Positions 38,998-50,542 of a stretch of DNA of 64,000 nt are shown here, in pieces. The translations under genes and the position numbers were made by a program. The notes below the pieces were generated by a model. That model was not told the origin of the DNA. It ran no database searches and saw only the letters and a list, made by a program, of their open reading frames with translations. Each line of letters begins with the position of its first letter. The first letter of the stretch is position 1. Location: positions 47,306,001 to 47,370,000 of the forward strand of contig NW_026262734.1 in NCBI RefSeq assembly GCF_021869535.1. Reading direction: 5' to 3'. Source of the DNA: Mytilus californianus (taxonomy: Eukaryota).

Positions 38998-39955
38998 ATG
39001 TATATCTAATTAATTAAAAAACTTTTCTGTTTGAATAATGCTTTTATGTAAAGGGGAAACTGTTACTCGTGTGTGCGATTCTTTTTGTCTCTTTTACTAA
39101 GGATAGTTAATCAATAACTAAATTGCAGTACTCGTCGATATTTCATTCCTGTATCTCACGAATTTTGGTCTTTTACTTACAAAACTTATTTTCTTGTAAC
39201 GTATTTTATTGTTGAAGAATGAGTGTTGCCCGTTTTTTGTTTTTTGTTTTTTGTTGTTTTTTTTTTTGTTGTTTTTTTTGTCGTTTGTTTGTGTCTCATT
39301 GACATACAACCGGATCCCCTTTTCTTTATATTTAAAAACAAACGAGATGACATCAATACCAATTCATGACACAAAATAACTGAGTTAAACTAACAGCAGA
39401 AGAAAGAAAAGGAAAAGCGCTTTCATGGTTGTACTCAATCTCGAAGTCACAATGTGGTCTTTGAAAAAAATTTTGTAAATAAAAAAAAAGAAATACAAAT
39501 GTTTTGAATGTTTATATAGGAAAAAGTAATGTTGTGTAAATTATAACAATTATTTCAATTTCAATCCTTATTAAGCTGTTGCTTTATTCCGCTTCGAGCA
39601 AATTTTGACCACATTTTAAAAATTAAATTGCTGCACGATCTAAAAAAGGACGAGGTTGACATATAAACTGCCGTCAATTATTGTGTGTGTGTAAGCAAGG
39701 ATTCGTATAGTGAGATCTCACTATACAAATCCTTGGTGTAAGTTTTAAAAGAAATGAATTGATTCTAAAAAAAATTGGAAAGGAATAAAAATACTTTTTT
39801 TCAGAAAAAAGAGGAAAAAAAACTAATAGATTTACATTCAAAGTTAGGGACGAAAAAAAGTACGACACTAAGATTACAAAAGTAATGTTCATGTATGTGC
39901 ATGAAAAAAAAACCAATCCCCCTTCAAAAAAAAAAAAAAAACACACATACACTTA

Positions 39956-42939
39956 AACAAGAGGCTCTCAAGAGCCTGAATCGCTCACCTGTATTTCAGA
40001 GGAGAAGATTTTTAAATGTTAGCAAACTTGATGAACAAATTGTGTAAAATTGTCTTTAAAGATCAATAACTCCTTAAGGGGTCAATTGACAATTTTGGTC
40101 ATATTAACTTTTTTGTAGATCTTACTTTGCTGAACATTATTGCTGCTTGCAGTTTATATATATCTATAATAATATTCAAAATAATAACAAAAAATTGCAA
40201 AATTTTGTTAAAACTACCAATTCGGTGGCAGCAACCCAACAATGGGTTGTTCGATTCGTCTGATAATTTCAGGGCTGATAGATCTGGACCAATTAAACAA
40301 TTTTACCCCATGTCACATTTGCTCTAAAAGATTTAGTTTTTGAGATATAAGCCAAAAACTGTATTTGACCCTTATGTTCTATTTTTAGCCATGGCGGCCA
40401 GGTTTGTCGATGGATACAAACTTCGGATACAATTTATAAACAAGATACCCTAAGGAACATTAAGTTAAAGTTTGAAGGTAATTGGCCCAGAAGTTTCAGA
40501 GGAGAAGATTTTTAAATGTTAGCAAACTTGATGAACAAATTGTGTAAAATTGTCTTTAAAGGGCAATAACTCCTTAAGGGGTCAATAGACAATTATGGTC
40601 ATTTTAACTTTTTTGTAGATCTTACTTTGCTGAACATTATTGCTGCTTACAGTTTATATTTATCTATAATAATATTCAAAATAATAACAAACTAGAGGCT
40701 CTAAAGAGCCTGTGTCGCTCACCTTGGTCTATGTGCATATTAAACAAAGGACACAGATGGATTCATGACAAAATTGTGTTTTGGTGATGGTGATGTGTTT
40801 GTAGATCTTACTTTACTGAACATTCTTGCTGCTTACAATTATCTCCATCTATAATGAACTTGGCCCAGTAGTTACAGTGGAAAATATTTTGTAAAAATTT
40901 ACAAAAATTTACAAAATTTATGAAAATTGTAAAAAATTTACTATAAAGGGCAATAACTTCTTAAGGGGTCAATTGACAATTTTGGTCATGTTGACTTATT
41001 TGTAGATCTTACTTTGCTATATATTATTGCTGTTTACAGTTTATCTCTATCTATAATAATATTCAAGATAATAACCAAAAGCTGCAAAATTTTCTTAAAA
41101 TTACCAATTCAGGGGCAGCAACCCAACAAAGTCTTGCCTGATTGGTCTGAAAATTTCAGGGCAGATAGATCGTGACCTAATGAACAATTTTATCCTCGTC
41201 AGATTTGCTCTAAATGTTTTGGTTTCAGAGATATGAGCCAAAAACTGCATTTTACCCTATGTACTATTTTTTAGCCATGTCGGCCATCTTGGTTCACGGG
41301 CGGGGTCATCGGACACATTTTTTAAACTAGATACCCTAATGATGATTGTGGACAAGTTTGGTTAAATTTGTTTTAGTAGTTTCAGAGGAGAAGATTTTTG
41401 TAAAAGATTACAAAAATTTACGAAAAATGGTTAAAAATTGACTATAAAGGGCAATAACTCCTTTAGGGGTCAACTGACCATTTTGGTCAAGTTGACTTAT
41501 TTGTAGATCTTACTTTGCTGAACATTATTGTTGTTTACAGTTTATCTCTATCTATAATAATATTCAAGATAATAACCAAAAACGGCAAAATTTCCTTAAA
41601 ATTACCAATTCAGGGGCAGCAACCCAACAACGGGTTGTCTGATTCATCTGAAAATTTCAGGGCAGATAGATCTTGACCTGGTAAACAATTTTATTCATGC
41701 CAGATTTGCTCTAAATGATATGGTTTCAGAGATATAAGCCAAAATCTACATTTTACCCCTATGTTCTATTTTTAGCCATGGCGGCCACCTTGGTTGGTTG
41801 GCCGGGTCACCGGACACATTTTTAAAACTAAATACCCCAATAATGATTGTGGCCAAGTTTGGTCAAATTTTACCAAGTAGTTTCAGAGGAGAAGATTTTT
41901 GTAAAAGTTAACGACGACGGACGACGACGGACGCCAAGTGATGAGAAAAGCTCACTTGGCCCTTTGGGCCAGGTGAGCTAAAAACTGCAAAATTTTGTTA
42001 AAACTACCAATTCGGTGGCAGCAACCCAACAATGGGTTATTCGATTCGTCTGAAAATTTCAGGGCCAACAGATCTTGACAAATTAAACAATTTTACCTCG
42101 TCACATTTGCTCTAAAAGATTTAGTTTTTGAGATATAAGCCAAAAACTGCATTTGACCCTTATGTTCTATTTTTAGCCATGGCGGCCATGTTTGTCGATG
42201 GATACAAACTTTGGATACAATTTATAAACAAAAAACCCTAAGGAACATTTAGTTAAAGTTTGAAGGTAATTAGCCCAGTAGTTTCAGAGGAGAAGATTTT
42301 TAAATGTTAGCAAACTTGATGAACAAATTATATAAAGTTGTCTTTAAAGGGCAATAACTCCTTAAGGGGTCAATTGACAATTTTGGTCATATTAACTTTT
42401 TTGTAGATCTTACTTTGGTGAACATTATTGCTAATTACAGTTTATATATATATATCTATAATAATATTCAAAATAATAACAAAAAACTACAAAATCTTGT
42501 TAAAACTACCAATTCGGTGGCAGCAACCCAACAATGGGTTGTTCGATTCGTCTGAAAATTTAAGAGCTGATAGATCTTGACCAACTAAACAATTTAACCC
42601 CATATCAGATTTGCTCTAAAAGCTTTAGTTTTTGAGATATAAGTCAAAAACTGCATTTGACCCCTATGTTCTATTTTTAGCCATAGCGGCCATGTTTGTC
42701 GATGGATCAAAACTTCGGATACAATTTATAATCTAGATACCCTAAGAAACATTAAGTTAAAGTTTGAAGGTATTTGGCCCAGTATTTTTAGAGGAAAAGA
42801 TTCTTGAAATATTTAACGACGACAGACGACGACAGACGACAACAGACGACGACGGACGACGACAGACAACGGACGACGACGGACGCCAAGTGATGACATA
42901 AGCTCACATGGGGCCCTTCGGGCTCCGGTGAGCTAAAAA
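39956..42939 (+). mobile_element. Non-autonomous Helentron/HINE-type element with a central ~500-bp tandem array (outer element)
   Basis: 5' aacaagaggctctcaagagcctgaatcgctcacctg; (GAC/GACG)n microsatellite at ~42817-42885; 3' hairpin gctcacatggggcccttcgggctccggtgagc followed by taaaaa. Units marked by ttcagaggagaagatttt at 39995, 40495, 42283 and ~42787. Confidence 0.8.
40690..41984 (+). mobile_element. Related HINE nested inside the outer element
   Basis: 5' aactagaggctctaaagagcctgtgtcgctcacc; acgacgacggacgacgacggacgccaagtg; 3' gctcacttggccctttgggccaggtgagctaaaaa. It interrupts the A-run of the host unit (ataataacaa|..|aaaaactgcaaaattttg). Confidence 0.85.
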
Positions 42940-43462
42940 GGAAGAATAGTCGGTGCATAATCTTCTGCTACCAAGGGTTTTTCACAAGTATAGTAGTGAG
43001 AAGAAAAGTTCCACTTTCCAAAATACACCAAACTATACATTTTACCTACTAGTATTTCGTGAAGTAAAATGCAAATTTCATAAGGCTTGGTCCAAATAGA
43101 TTTTGACTGTCCAATATCTTGCAAGTACGAAAAAGACCGTTCGAAAGTATATTTTGTCTATGTTTTGTATTTGCACAACTATTGAAAGTTGACCATGCAT
43201 TCGTTCTAAAATAAAATTTCACACAAGATAAAAGTTAACAGATACTAAGTGAAAAAAAATATAGACAACCGCAATGGGTTAATCGCTGTGACGTCCAAAA
43301 AAGAAAATAGCCAACACATATTGTAACTTTTAAAGCTAGTTAAATCAATTTATATGTTTAACGAACGTGCAATATCATACAAATTGTTTATCAAAACATA
43401 ACAAAAACGGAACGTTTAAGTATTCAATATTAATCAAAGCACAAAGGTTATTCCTGTACTTC

Positions 43463-43756
43463 TTTTATGCCCCACCTACGATAGTAGAAGGGGCATTATG
43501 TTTTCTGGTCTCTGCGTCCGTTCGTTCGTCCGTCCGTTCGTCCGTCCGTCCGTCCGTCTGTCCCGCTTCAGGTTAAAGTTTTTGGTCAAGGTAGTTTTTG
43601 ATGAAGTTGAAGTCTAATCAACTTGAAACTTAGTACACATGTTCCCTATGAATTATAATGACAAATTAGAGTGTTGACCCCAATTTCACGGTCCACTGAA
43701 CATAGAAAATGATAGTGTGAGTGGGGCATCCGCGTACTATGGACACATTCTTGTTT
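43463..43756 (-). mobile_element. Short HINE/Helentron-type MITE (~290 bp)
   Basis: ttttatgccccacctacgatagtagaaggggcat hairpin end; (GTCC/GTTC)n microsatellite; subterminal gtggggcat; ends cttgttt. Confidence 0.75.
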
Positions 43757-45359
43757 TCGAATGTTTTTTTAGCCATTTAGAACCTTTGGTAACCTCATAG
43801 TTTAAATGTCCATAATTAATACGACGTGATAAATGGGCGTTACAGACGACCGTTCACCTAATTTAACCCAGTCAATGGGAGACTTGAGCGCGCAAAAAAA
43901 TGGTCTCGTCCACACTGTTATGAAAACGATACTATGTTAAGATCCCTTTTGGTCATGAAGTTCTGCGTGTTTTTAATATATCCTTGCTTTCATATTTGTG
44001 TTCTTAGTGTTTTTGAGGGACCAAATTAATGCCTTCTAAAACGGCAACTGTATACCATGTCCTCTTCTCAAAATGAATTTGCAGTAATTGAATAACATTT
44101 AGGGACCCCGATTGGTCAATTTGTATCGCAAAAAAATAAATGTTGGAAAACCTAAAAAAATACCTTTAGAAGCAATAAATCACTAATTAAATTCCTCATC
44201 AGAAAATCTTTTATATATTTACGGTTTTGGTGATAAGTCCTGTTCTGGCATAAAAAAAAAACAACAGATCTATAGGAAAAACTGTTTTATAATCATTCTT
44301 GCAGTCGGGGTGGAGGTAATAATGCCAATCCATTGTGAGAAGTGGAGCATGTCAAGACTTAATTCAGACAGCAAAGGTGTGGGGAAACTTGTAGATAAAT
44401 GGATGTAGATTTACGTCATATTGAGTTTTATTTGTCATTTCATAAAAAAGCAAGTTGAATACCTTTTGCTATATAAAGAATTCAAGGTAAAACAAAAATC
44501 AGAGATAAGTGTCTGTATTCACACTTCCCACATTTGTAAATCAAAGTTGACCGTAGAAAATTTTCCTATTGTCAAGTTGATTTATTTCCATACTCCACAA
44601 ATATCTTTGCCTCATTGACTTATACATGATGTAGTTTTCAGCGTTCCTATTAAAGGTTATTCCAGAAAAACCATTCGAAAGCACCTAATTTACAAATTCG
44701 AATAAACTAACAGCAAACTGCGTTTTAAAAATTGAACACTCTTTCATGGTGAAATAGAGAACATATAAAACATCGTTTTCTGCAGTTGTTTCAAATCCAA
44801 TACAATATTTAGCCTATGATGAAGAGATGACCAGGCTTCATAAAATCATTTTGCATTCTATTCATCTGAAAGATGTTATAATTGAAAACTATCACTTCGA
44901 TTTAACAAGCAATGAATTATTGTATTTATTTTAAAATGATTAATAGGAAAATTACAGCAATAAATAGAAATGAATGATGCCCCCTCTCCTCTCCTCTGCC
45001 AAACGAATGAGTATAGTTCCACATACAAACAGTGATGTTGAAGTACAAATTGAAATTGTTGCGCTGTCTGTAAGACACAAATTGTACATCGCCTGACCAT
45101 AGGAAATTATAAATTTAATGTGTAATGATCTATCTTTTATTTTAATTTTGAATTTCTACACTTGCAGGACTTAATGTCCAGCCAAAAGGTGTTAACTTTC
45201 CAGAGTACTGTCAGCTAAAAGTTTTCACCCGGTATTGATTAAATATTTGACAATACTAAAAATGTCTTATTTATATCATTTGGGACATTAAAATCTTACA
45301 GAAGTAGTACAAACCATGTTTTCCTTTATATTGCAAGTGAGAAGGAGATGAAGTCCACC

Positions 45360-45656
45360 TACCGGTTTTTGTGAATATCTAACATCCCCTTTTCTGACTT
45401 TAATACAAAATAATTCGACTGGCATTTTAAGAAAATTGAAAAAAATCCAAATCCTGTGGACATGCACACTTCAATTATGTGTACAAACAACCTTCACAAT
45501 ATTAAAGCTGTAACTCAAAAACTGTAGTAGGGGATAGCCGGACTATCATGTATCTATATCCGGAAGTACGAACGAACGAACGAACGGATGTACGGTCGGA
45601 CGGACAGACAGGGGTAAATTGATATACCCATCGACACTTTGTCGCGGGGGCATAAA
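45360..45656 (+). mobile_element. 3' part of a HINE-type element
   Basis: (GAAC)n/(GGAC)n microsatellite, then ataccc-atcgacactttgtcgcgggggcataaa terminal hairpin. Left boundary uncertain. Confidence 0.6.
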
Positions 45657-45697
45657 GCATGACAGGTAAAATAAACTGTCCTTGGTTTTATTAAATA

Positions 45698-46780
45698 TTA
45701 CAGGATTATATCACGCACGCGTGTCGGCAAAAGAGCATCTCCATCACGATGCGTTCTTGCTCGAGATCTTTTGTTGTCACAATACAGGCTTGATGCAGCT
45801 TTCCAGGTGTTGTGTGGCATTATGTTTCTAAATTTATCATATACGTGAAAAAGTCCTAGAACATCTACAGCTGCATATTTCAGCATACTTTCACTCAGGG
45901 GTCTTTTTTCCCATATTTTGGTTGTCCATAGCATAATTTGTCGTCCTTGTTTTTTCAACCTAAGGAGAGTACTGTTAGACGGAAAACTTTCCAGGCATGT
46001 CTCAAGACTTGCCAATAACGTGTTATGTCTTTTTCTTTTCATCCTGTTCCTCGCTTCTAACAATTGAACATCTAGTACTCCGTCCAACTTTACTTTATAC
46101 AGATGAAATAAAGCATCCGCGTCTTCTCGACAGTCAAACATCAATTTTTCAATACTATTATTTTCAAGTATACAGCGAAGACCGTCATCAAATACGCTAT
46201 TCCCTATCCTCAAAACATCAATTAAATAGACCATATCTCTAGTACCTATATTAACCATCGTTACGCATCCAAATCTGGATAAGTCTACCCCTTCACAGTC
46301 CAATGATATGGTTTTGCCGTCTTTAATCATGTTGTTAAGCTCATTGATTGCAGAGATGTATTTTTCTTTCGTGTCAATATACTTGTAAGAACTTGTTTCG
46401 TTTATTCCTACTTGTATTGTCCTGCTTTGGGTTATTTCTCCTGCTGATTCTCTCCTATATAAAACATCTTCTGCGTTGGAATCGCTAGTGTTATTTTCGT
46501 TGCTGGTTGAACCGTCGGATTGCTGTTGTTGATTTTCGTTGTCTGGTTCGGAATTACGTAGGTGTATTGGCCCGCTTTGGGTTATTTCCCCTGCTGATTC
46601 TCTCCTATATATACATATAAGATTTTCTGTGTTGGAATCGTTAGTATCATTTGCATTGCTTTCATTTACAGAGGTATCGCTACTAGCTGAATGATGTTTT
46701 AGCTTCTTATTGCTGGTTGGACCATCGGATTGCTGCTGTTGGTCTTCATCATCTGGTTCTGATTTACGCTTGGTTGCCAT
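45698..46780 (-). CDS. Stand-alone DEDDy 3'-5' exonuclease, EXD1/Egalitarian-like (paralog 2), 360 aa
   Basis: ExoI SLDCEG (D161,E163), ExoII KLMFDCREDADAL (D220), ExoIII YAAVD (Y302,D306). By hand count, 86 of 116 core residues are identical to paralog 1. NLS-like KRK..KKLK; internally duplicated N-terminus; AATAAA just after the stop (45687-45692). Confidence 0.9.
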   Translation of the reverse strand: MATKRKSEPDDEDQQQQSDGPTSNKKLKHHSASSDTSVNESNANDTNDSNTENLICIYRRESAGEITQSGPIHLRNSEPDNENQQQQSDGSTSNENNTSDSNAEDVLYRRESAGEITQSRTIQVGINETSSYKYIDTKEKYISAINELNNMIKDGKTISLDCEGVDLSRFGCVTMVNIGTRDMVYLIDVLRIGNSVFDDGLRCILENNSIEKLMFDCREDADALFHLYKVKLDGVLDVQLLEARNRMKRKRHNTLLASLETCLESFPSNSTLLRLKKQGRQIMLWTTKIWEKRPLSESMLKYAAVDVLGLFHVYDKFRNIMPHNTWKAASSLYCDNKRSRARTHRDGDALLPTRVRDIIL

Positions 46781-47505
46781 TGTTATCTATGTTATAAATA
46801 AAAACAGTAATTAAAACAATAAGCAACTTTTAAAATAAAACCAGTCAATTTTGAATAAGAAAAAAAAACGTATAGCTAGTAAATTATGTCTCGTCGATGA
46901 AATATAACTTTTTAAAGCATTCAATAGTTTTTCTAACCTGCAGTGATATATAGCAAGATGCTTTATAGAACGCGTAAAACATTTCCACATGGAATTGGAA
47001 AAAGTGTGGAAACAGACTTTATAGCTGATTATGCGGTTTGGGTTTTTCTCATTGTTGAAGGCCATACGATGACCTATATTTGTTAACTTCTATTTATATT
47101 GTCACAACAACCTTAGATCATCTTTTCATGAAGCGAAGGGTGATTTATTATTGTTTAACGTCCAATGGGAAATAGTTCGTGCATATTCAAGTTGAGAACA
47201 CATTAACAATAAATGTAATAGATACTAGTAAGTTGTGCAGGATAGGTTGACCGGCAAAAAGGCGAGAACACCGGCTATCACTAGAAATGGGATAGAATCA
47301 GGCCATCTACGAAGTTGCGGCATTTTTGTTAAATATTGTGTACCCTTTTGTGGTTTGAATGCTAAATATATGGAAATTTTATAGAAAATCCACAACCTTT
47401 CTCCGTGTACTCTTATATTTGACAACTATGTACTAAATAGAAGGTGAACTAAAAAATGCAGTGTTAGCAATTATCTCCCTAAAACAAGTTTTGAATTGAA
47501 GATAT

Positions 47506-47737
47506 TAGGGAGCTACCATTTTATTTTGATGGGGGGGGGGCTAGGATGAAATGTGAAAAAAGGCAGGACAGGAGTTTTGAGTAAAAAAAAAAAAGAGGCA
47601 GAATGAGCAACTTTGCAAAAAAAAAAAGGCAGGATAAACTAATAAAAAAAGGCAGGACCGAATAGAGTGAAAAATAAAAAGGCAGTACAGAGATTACAAC
47701 CAAAAAAAAATGCAGGACACAATTTTTCATCCTAGCC
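47506..47737. mobile_element. MITE remnant with internal aaaaaggcagga repeats
   Basis: ggctaggatgaaa near the left end and its inverted copy tttcatcctagcc near the right end. The outer right TIR appears lost. Confidence 0.55.
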
Positions 47738-49829
47738 ATTCAATATTTTTGCTGTTTTGATATTATCACACATTCAAGGCTCTACAGAAGGGGTCATAAA
47801 CCTTATAATTAACGTGTAAAGAGTTGGGCATGCACTTTCTATAAGGCTTCGGATTTAAGGAACGTTACTTTTTATTCAAACATGGGACCTTAATGCTATT
47901 TGATACAACCATGCTCAGCCGAACGGACTCACCATTTTCGCACGGGATGACCATATCACGATACTTCAGTCAACCAGAAGGTAACTTTTTTTACTAAGTT
48001 TTAAAAAAAAATAGAAAAAATCAAAACTCGCAGTATCGAACAAAAAAAAGCAGTTGTTTGACGATATATTTATGTACGATAGGCGCATGAATTTTCGATT
48101 TGAAAAAACTGGCAGTCAGAGGACATGAATGATTTTCGACGGAACAGAGTAAATTCAGAAAATAATAACACTTGAATGATCCAGACTGTGGCAGATGAGA
48201 TCGTTTTACCGATACATGTACAAGGCTCCTTCTTTTGCATTGTAATAAAAAATGTAGCAGTGGCGCAATCAGACTCATCAGGTCGGAGAATGACATAAAA
48301 CATTACCAGACACAAACAAATTTTTCAAAAAATACATGCATAAAAAGCAATATGTGTATGGTACATGTATAAGTCAATAGACAATAACCCAATGACTCGA
48401 ATAACATATATATTTACTCTAGCTTTAATCTTGCTCCTAGTAAAAGGCATTTAGTTTACATGACAAATGAAGCTTATGGGGGTCTTATATAGTCGACTAT
48501 ACGGTATGCTTTTATTTAATCGATGTTGAAGGTCGTACAGTGACCTATATATACTTAAATCGCCTTATTTGAACTCTGGTGGAAAAATTCTCATTAGCAA
48601 TCATACCACATCTCCTTTTTTTATATTGGCTTCTATATCATTTTAAGCACAGTACAGTAGAGAAAATAAATGTGTTGCAAATTAATTTCCTTAATGAGCA
48701 CTCTTCAATAGATACGAATGAATAGTTTAATAGTTTTTAGCAATACAATGCTTTGTTGGTTTGGTTTTTTAAAGCCTTTTATCGTTATCAAAAATAAGTT
48801 TTTTTTTTAAATTATTCATTTGATGGATCATGTGGATTGCTTCGAATTAATCAATTTGATATATGCATTCGCATTTTGTTCCTACCTTTCAGTTTATAGA
48901 TTTCCTCAGACTTTCTTTGAATAACACAAACAAAATATTATACAGTTTTTTCTGAAAATTGTAGATATGCTAAATGCAAGTAAGCCTAGCCATTTGATCT
49001 TTAAATTCGGTTCAATTTAAAAACGTTATATGATATCGTGCATTTATGGATACATGATTAATTAAAGAACTAGTATGTTTGTTGAAATATATCAGTAGAA
49101 TCAATATAATATATATTAATTTGATACCAGTTCCTACTTTACAATTTTGAAAAGGCATAGTTGAACTTTGAAAGCGTGTCAACTGGTATACGGGATTTGA
49201 ACTACAACGACCAAACAGACATGAAAGCGATACATAATTGATTTTGAACTAAATTAATTGAGGGTAATGAAATATATAAATGCTTGATTAAGTTAACAAT
49301 GCAAATGCGCGCGACGCTTATTACGGAATAACCTTATTCAGGTACGCTCTAGATCATACAATATGGAAGCCAGAAACACAAATAATGCAATACGTGTGTA
49401 AGTGTTATATTAAAATTTTGATCAAACTAAATAGGTATATCAAAACCACAGAGACGCTGTTAGCTGATAATAAAAATGGTAATTTGAATTTTCAATTGTA
49501 TTTTCTCTATTTCCTGTCCAAAAGTATTAAATTAAATTATCTCAATACTACTAAATGTTTAACAAGAATAAAAATTAAAAATCCATATTGGCTAAAAGTC
49601 CGGTACATTAATTTTCGTTTTATGGTCTATTTTAGAATTGTGTCTGGTGACATATCCCCGGCCATCCAGAATGTCTGGAATTACTATAGATAACTGAAAC
49701 AATAAAACACATATATTATATGCAGATGTGAAATATTATCAGTTGTTTTTCCTCTTTTCTGTTGATCTATATACTTGACATGATTGAAGTCCCTCAGACT
49801 TGTAAATTATTATTTGATGAATTTTTTTT

Positions 49830-50260
49830 TTTTTACGTCCAGTGGTAGGTATTCCGTGCATTTCTAGCCTAGGACAAGTTAACAATTACTTCCTTAGGTA
49901 GGTTCCCCGAAAAGCTCGACCAAGTTGAAGATCGAGCGAGAATTTCGGCTGTCACTGGAAAACTAGGATATGTTGGATAGGGCGCATCAATTTTACCTTG
50001 CAACAGGCCACCTACAGATAACTCAAGGCCTTGTTGCAAGGGTTTATTAACGTGCAAATAGTTTGGCACTCTCTTTATCTCTCTCTATACGCGAGACGTA
50101 TACATGTATTTCAATGTCCCCCATTCCGACTGGACGTGGCTACGTATTTATACCTCCCGCATAGTCAAATGGACGATCCACTTTCGCCAGAGTTGTACCG
50201 AAGGATGGGAGAAGTCCAAGGAGGACCGTATGTCTATACCCCAGTCAACCTTTAGGGTTT
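49830..50260 (-). mobile_element. SINE (conserved-core type) in reverse orientation
   Basis: GC-richer island. Minus strand contains tccagtcggaatgggggacatt..gcacgttaataaaccc and ends accactggacgt plus poly(A), the same tail motif as the other SINEs here. Confidence 0.55.
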
Positions 50261-50542
50261 TCGAATATTTCACTTAAATTAGTTTTATAATTGAGTGTAT
50301 TTAAAAATCTAAATGAAAAAAATTATAATGTTGTGTTCATGATCGGTTTAAAGATATACTTGTTTTCTCCTTTGTTGTAGGTTCAGGATATTACATTATT
50401 GTTTTCCTCCAAACATTTCCAATGATCTGGTCCATTACATATGACCATCACATATGTACTTGTGTTCTTACTAGAAGCGGATTGAAGTGGTTGTTTCAAA
50501 CAAAACGCACACATGAGAAAGTCTATTTAAACTTTACATTAT

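Noticed and set aside
39956-42939. Repeat array as CRISPR or as a coding repeat
   Set aside because: Units are ~500 bp with no unique spacers or cas genes; the termini are those of Helentron/HINE elements; the context is eukaryotic.
23129-46780. Assigning the gene symbol EXD1 to the exonucleases or APOBEC4 to the deaminase
   Set aside because: Motifs support the family but not orthology; a phylogeny is needed.
48270-48290. Minus-strand CTGATGA-GTC
   Set aside because: Not followed by a GAC-GAAA or any hammerhead stem architecture.
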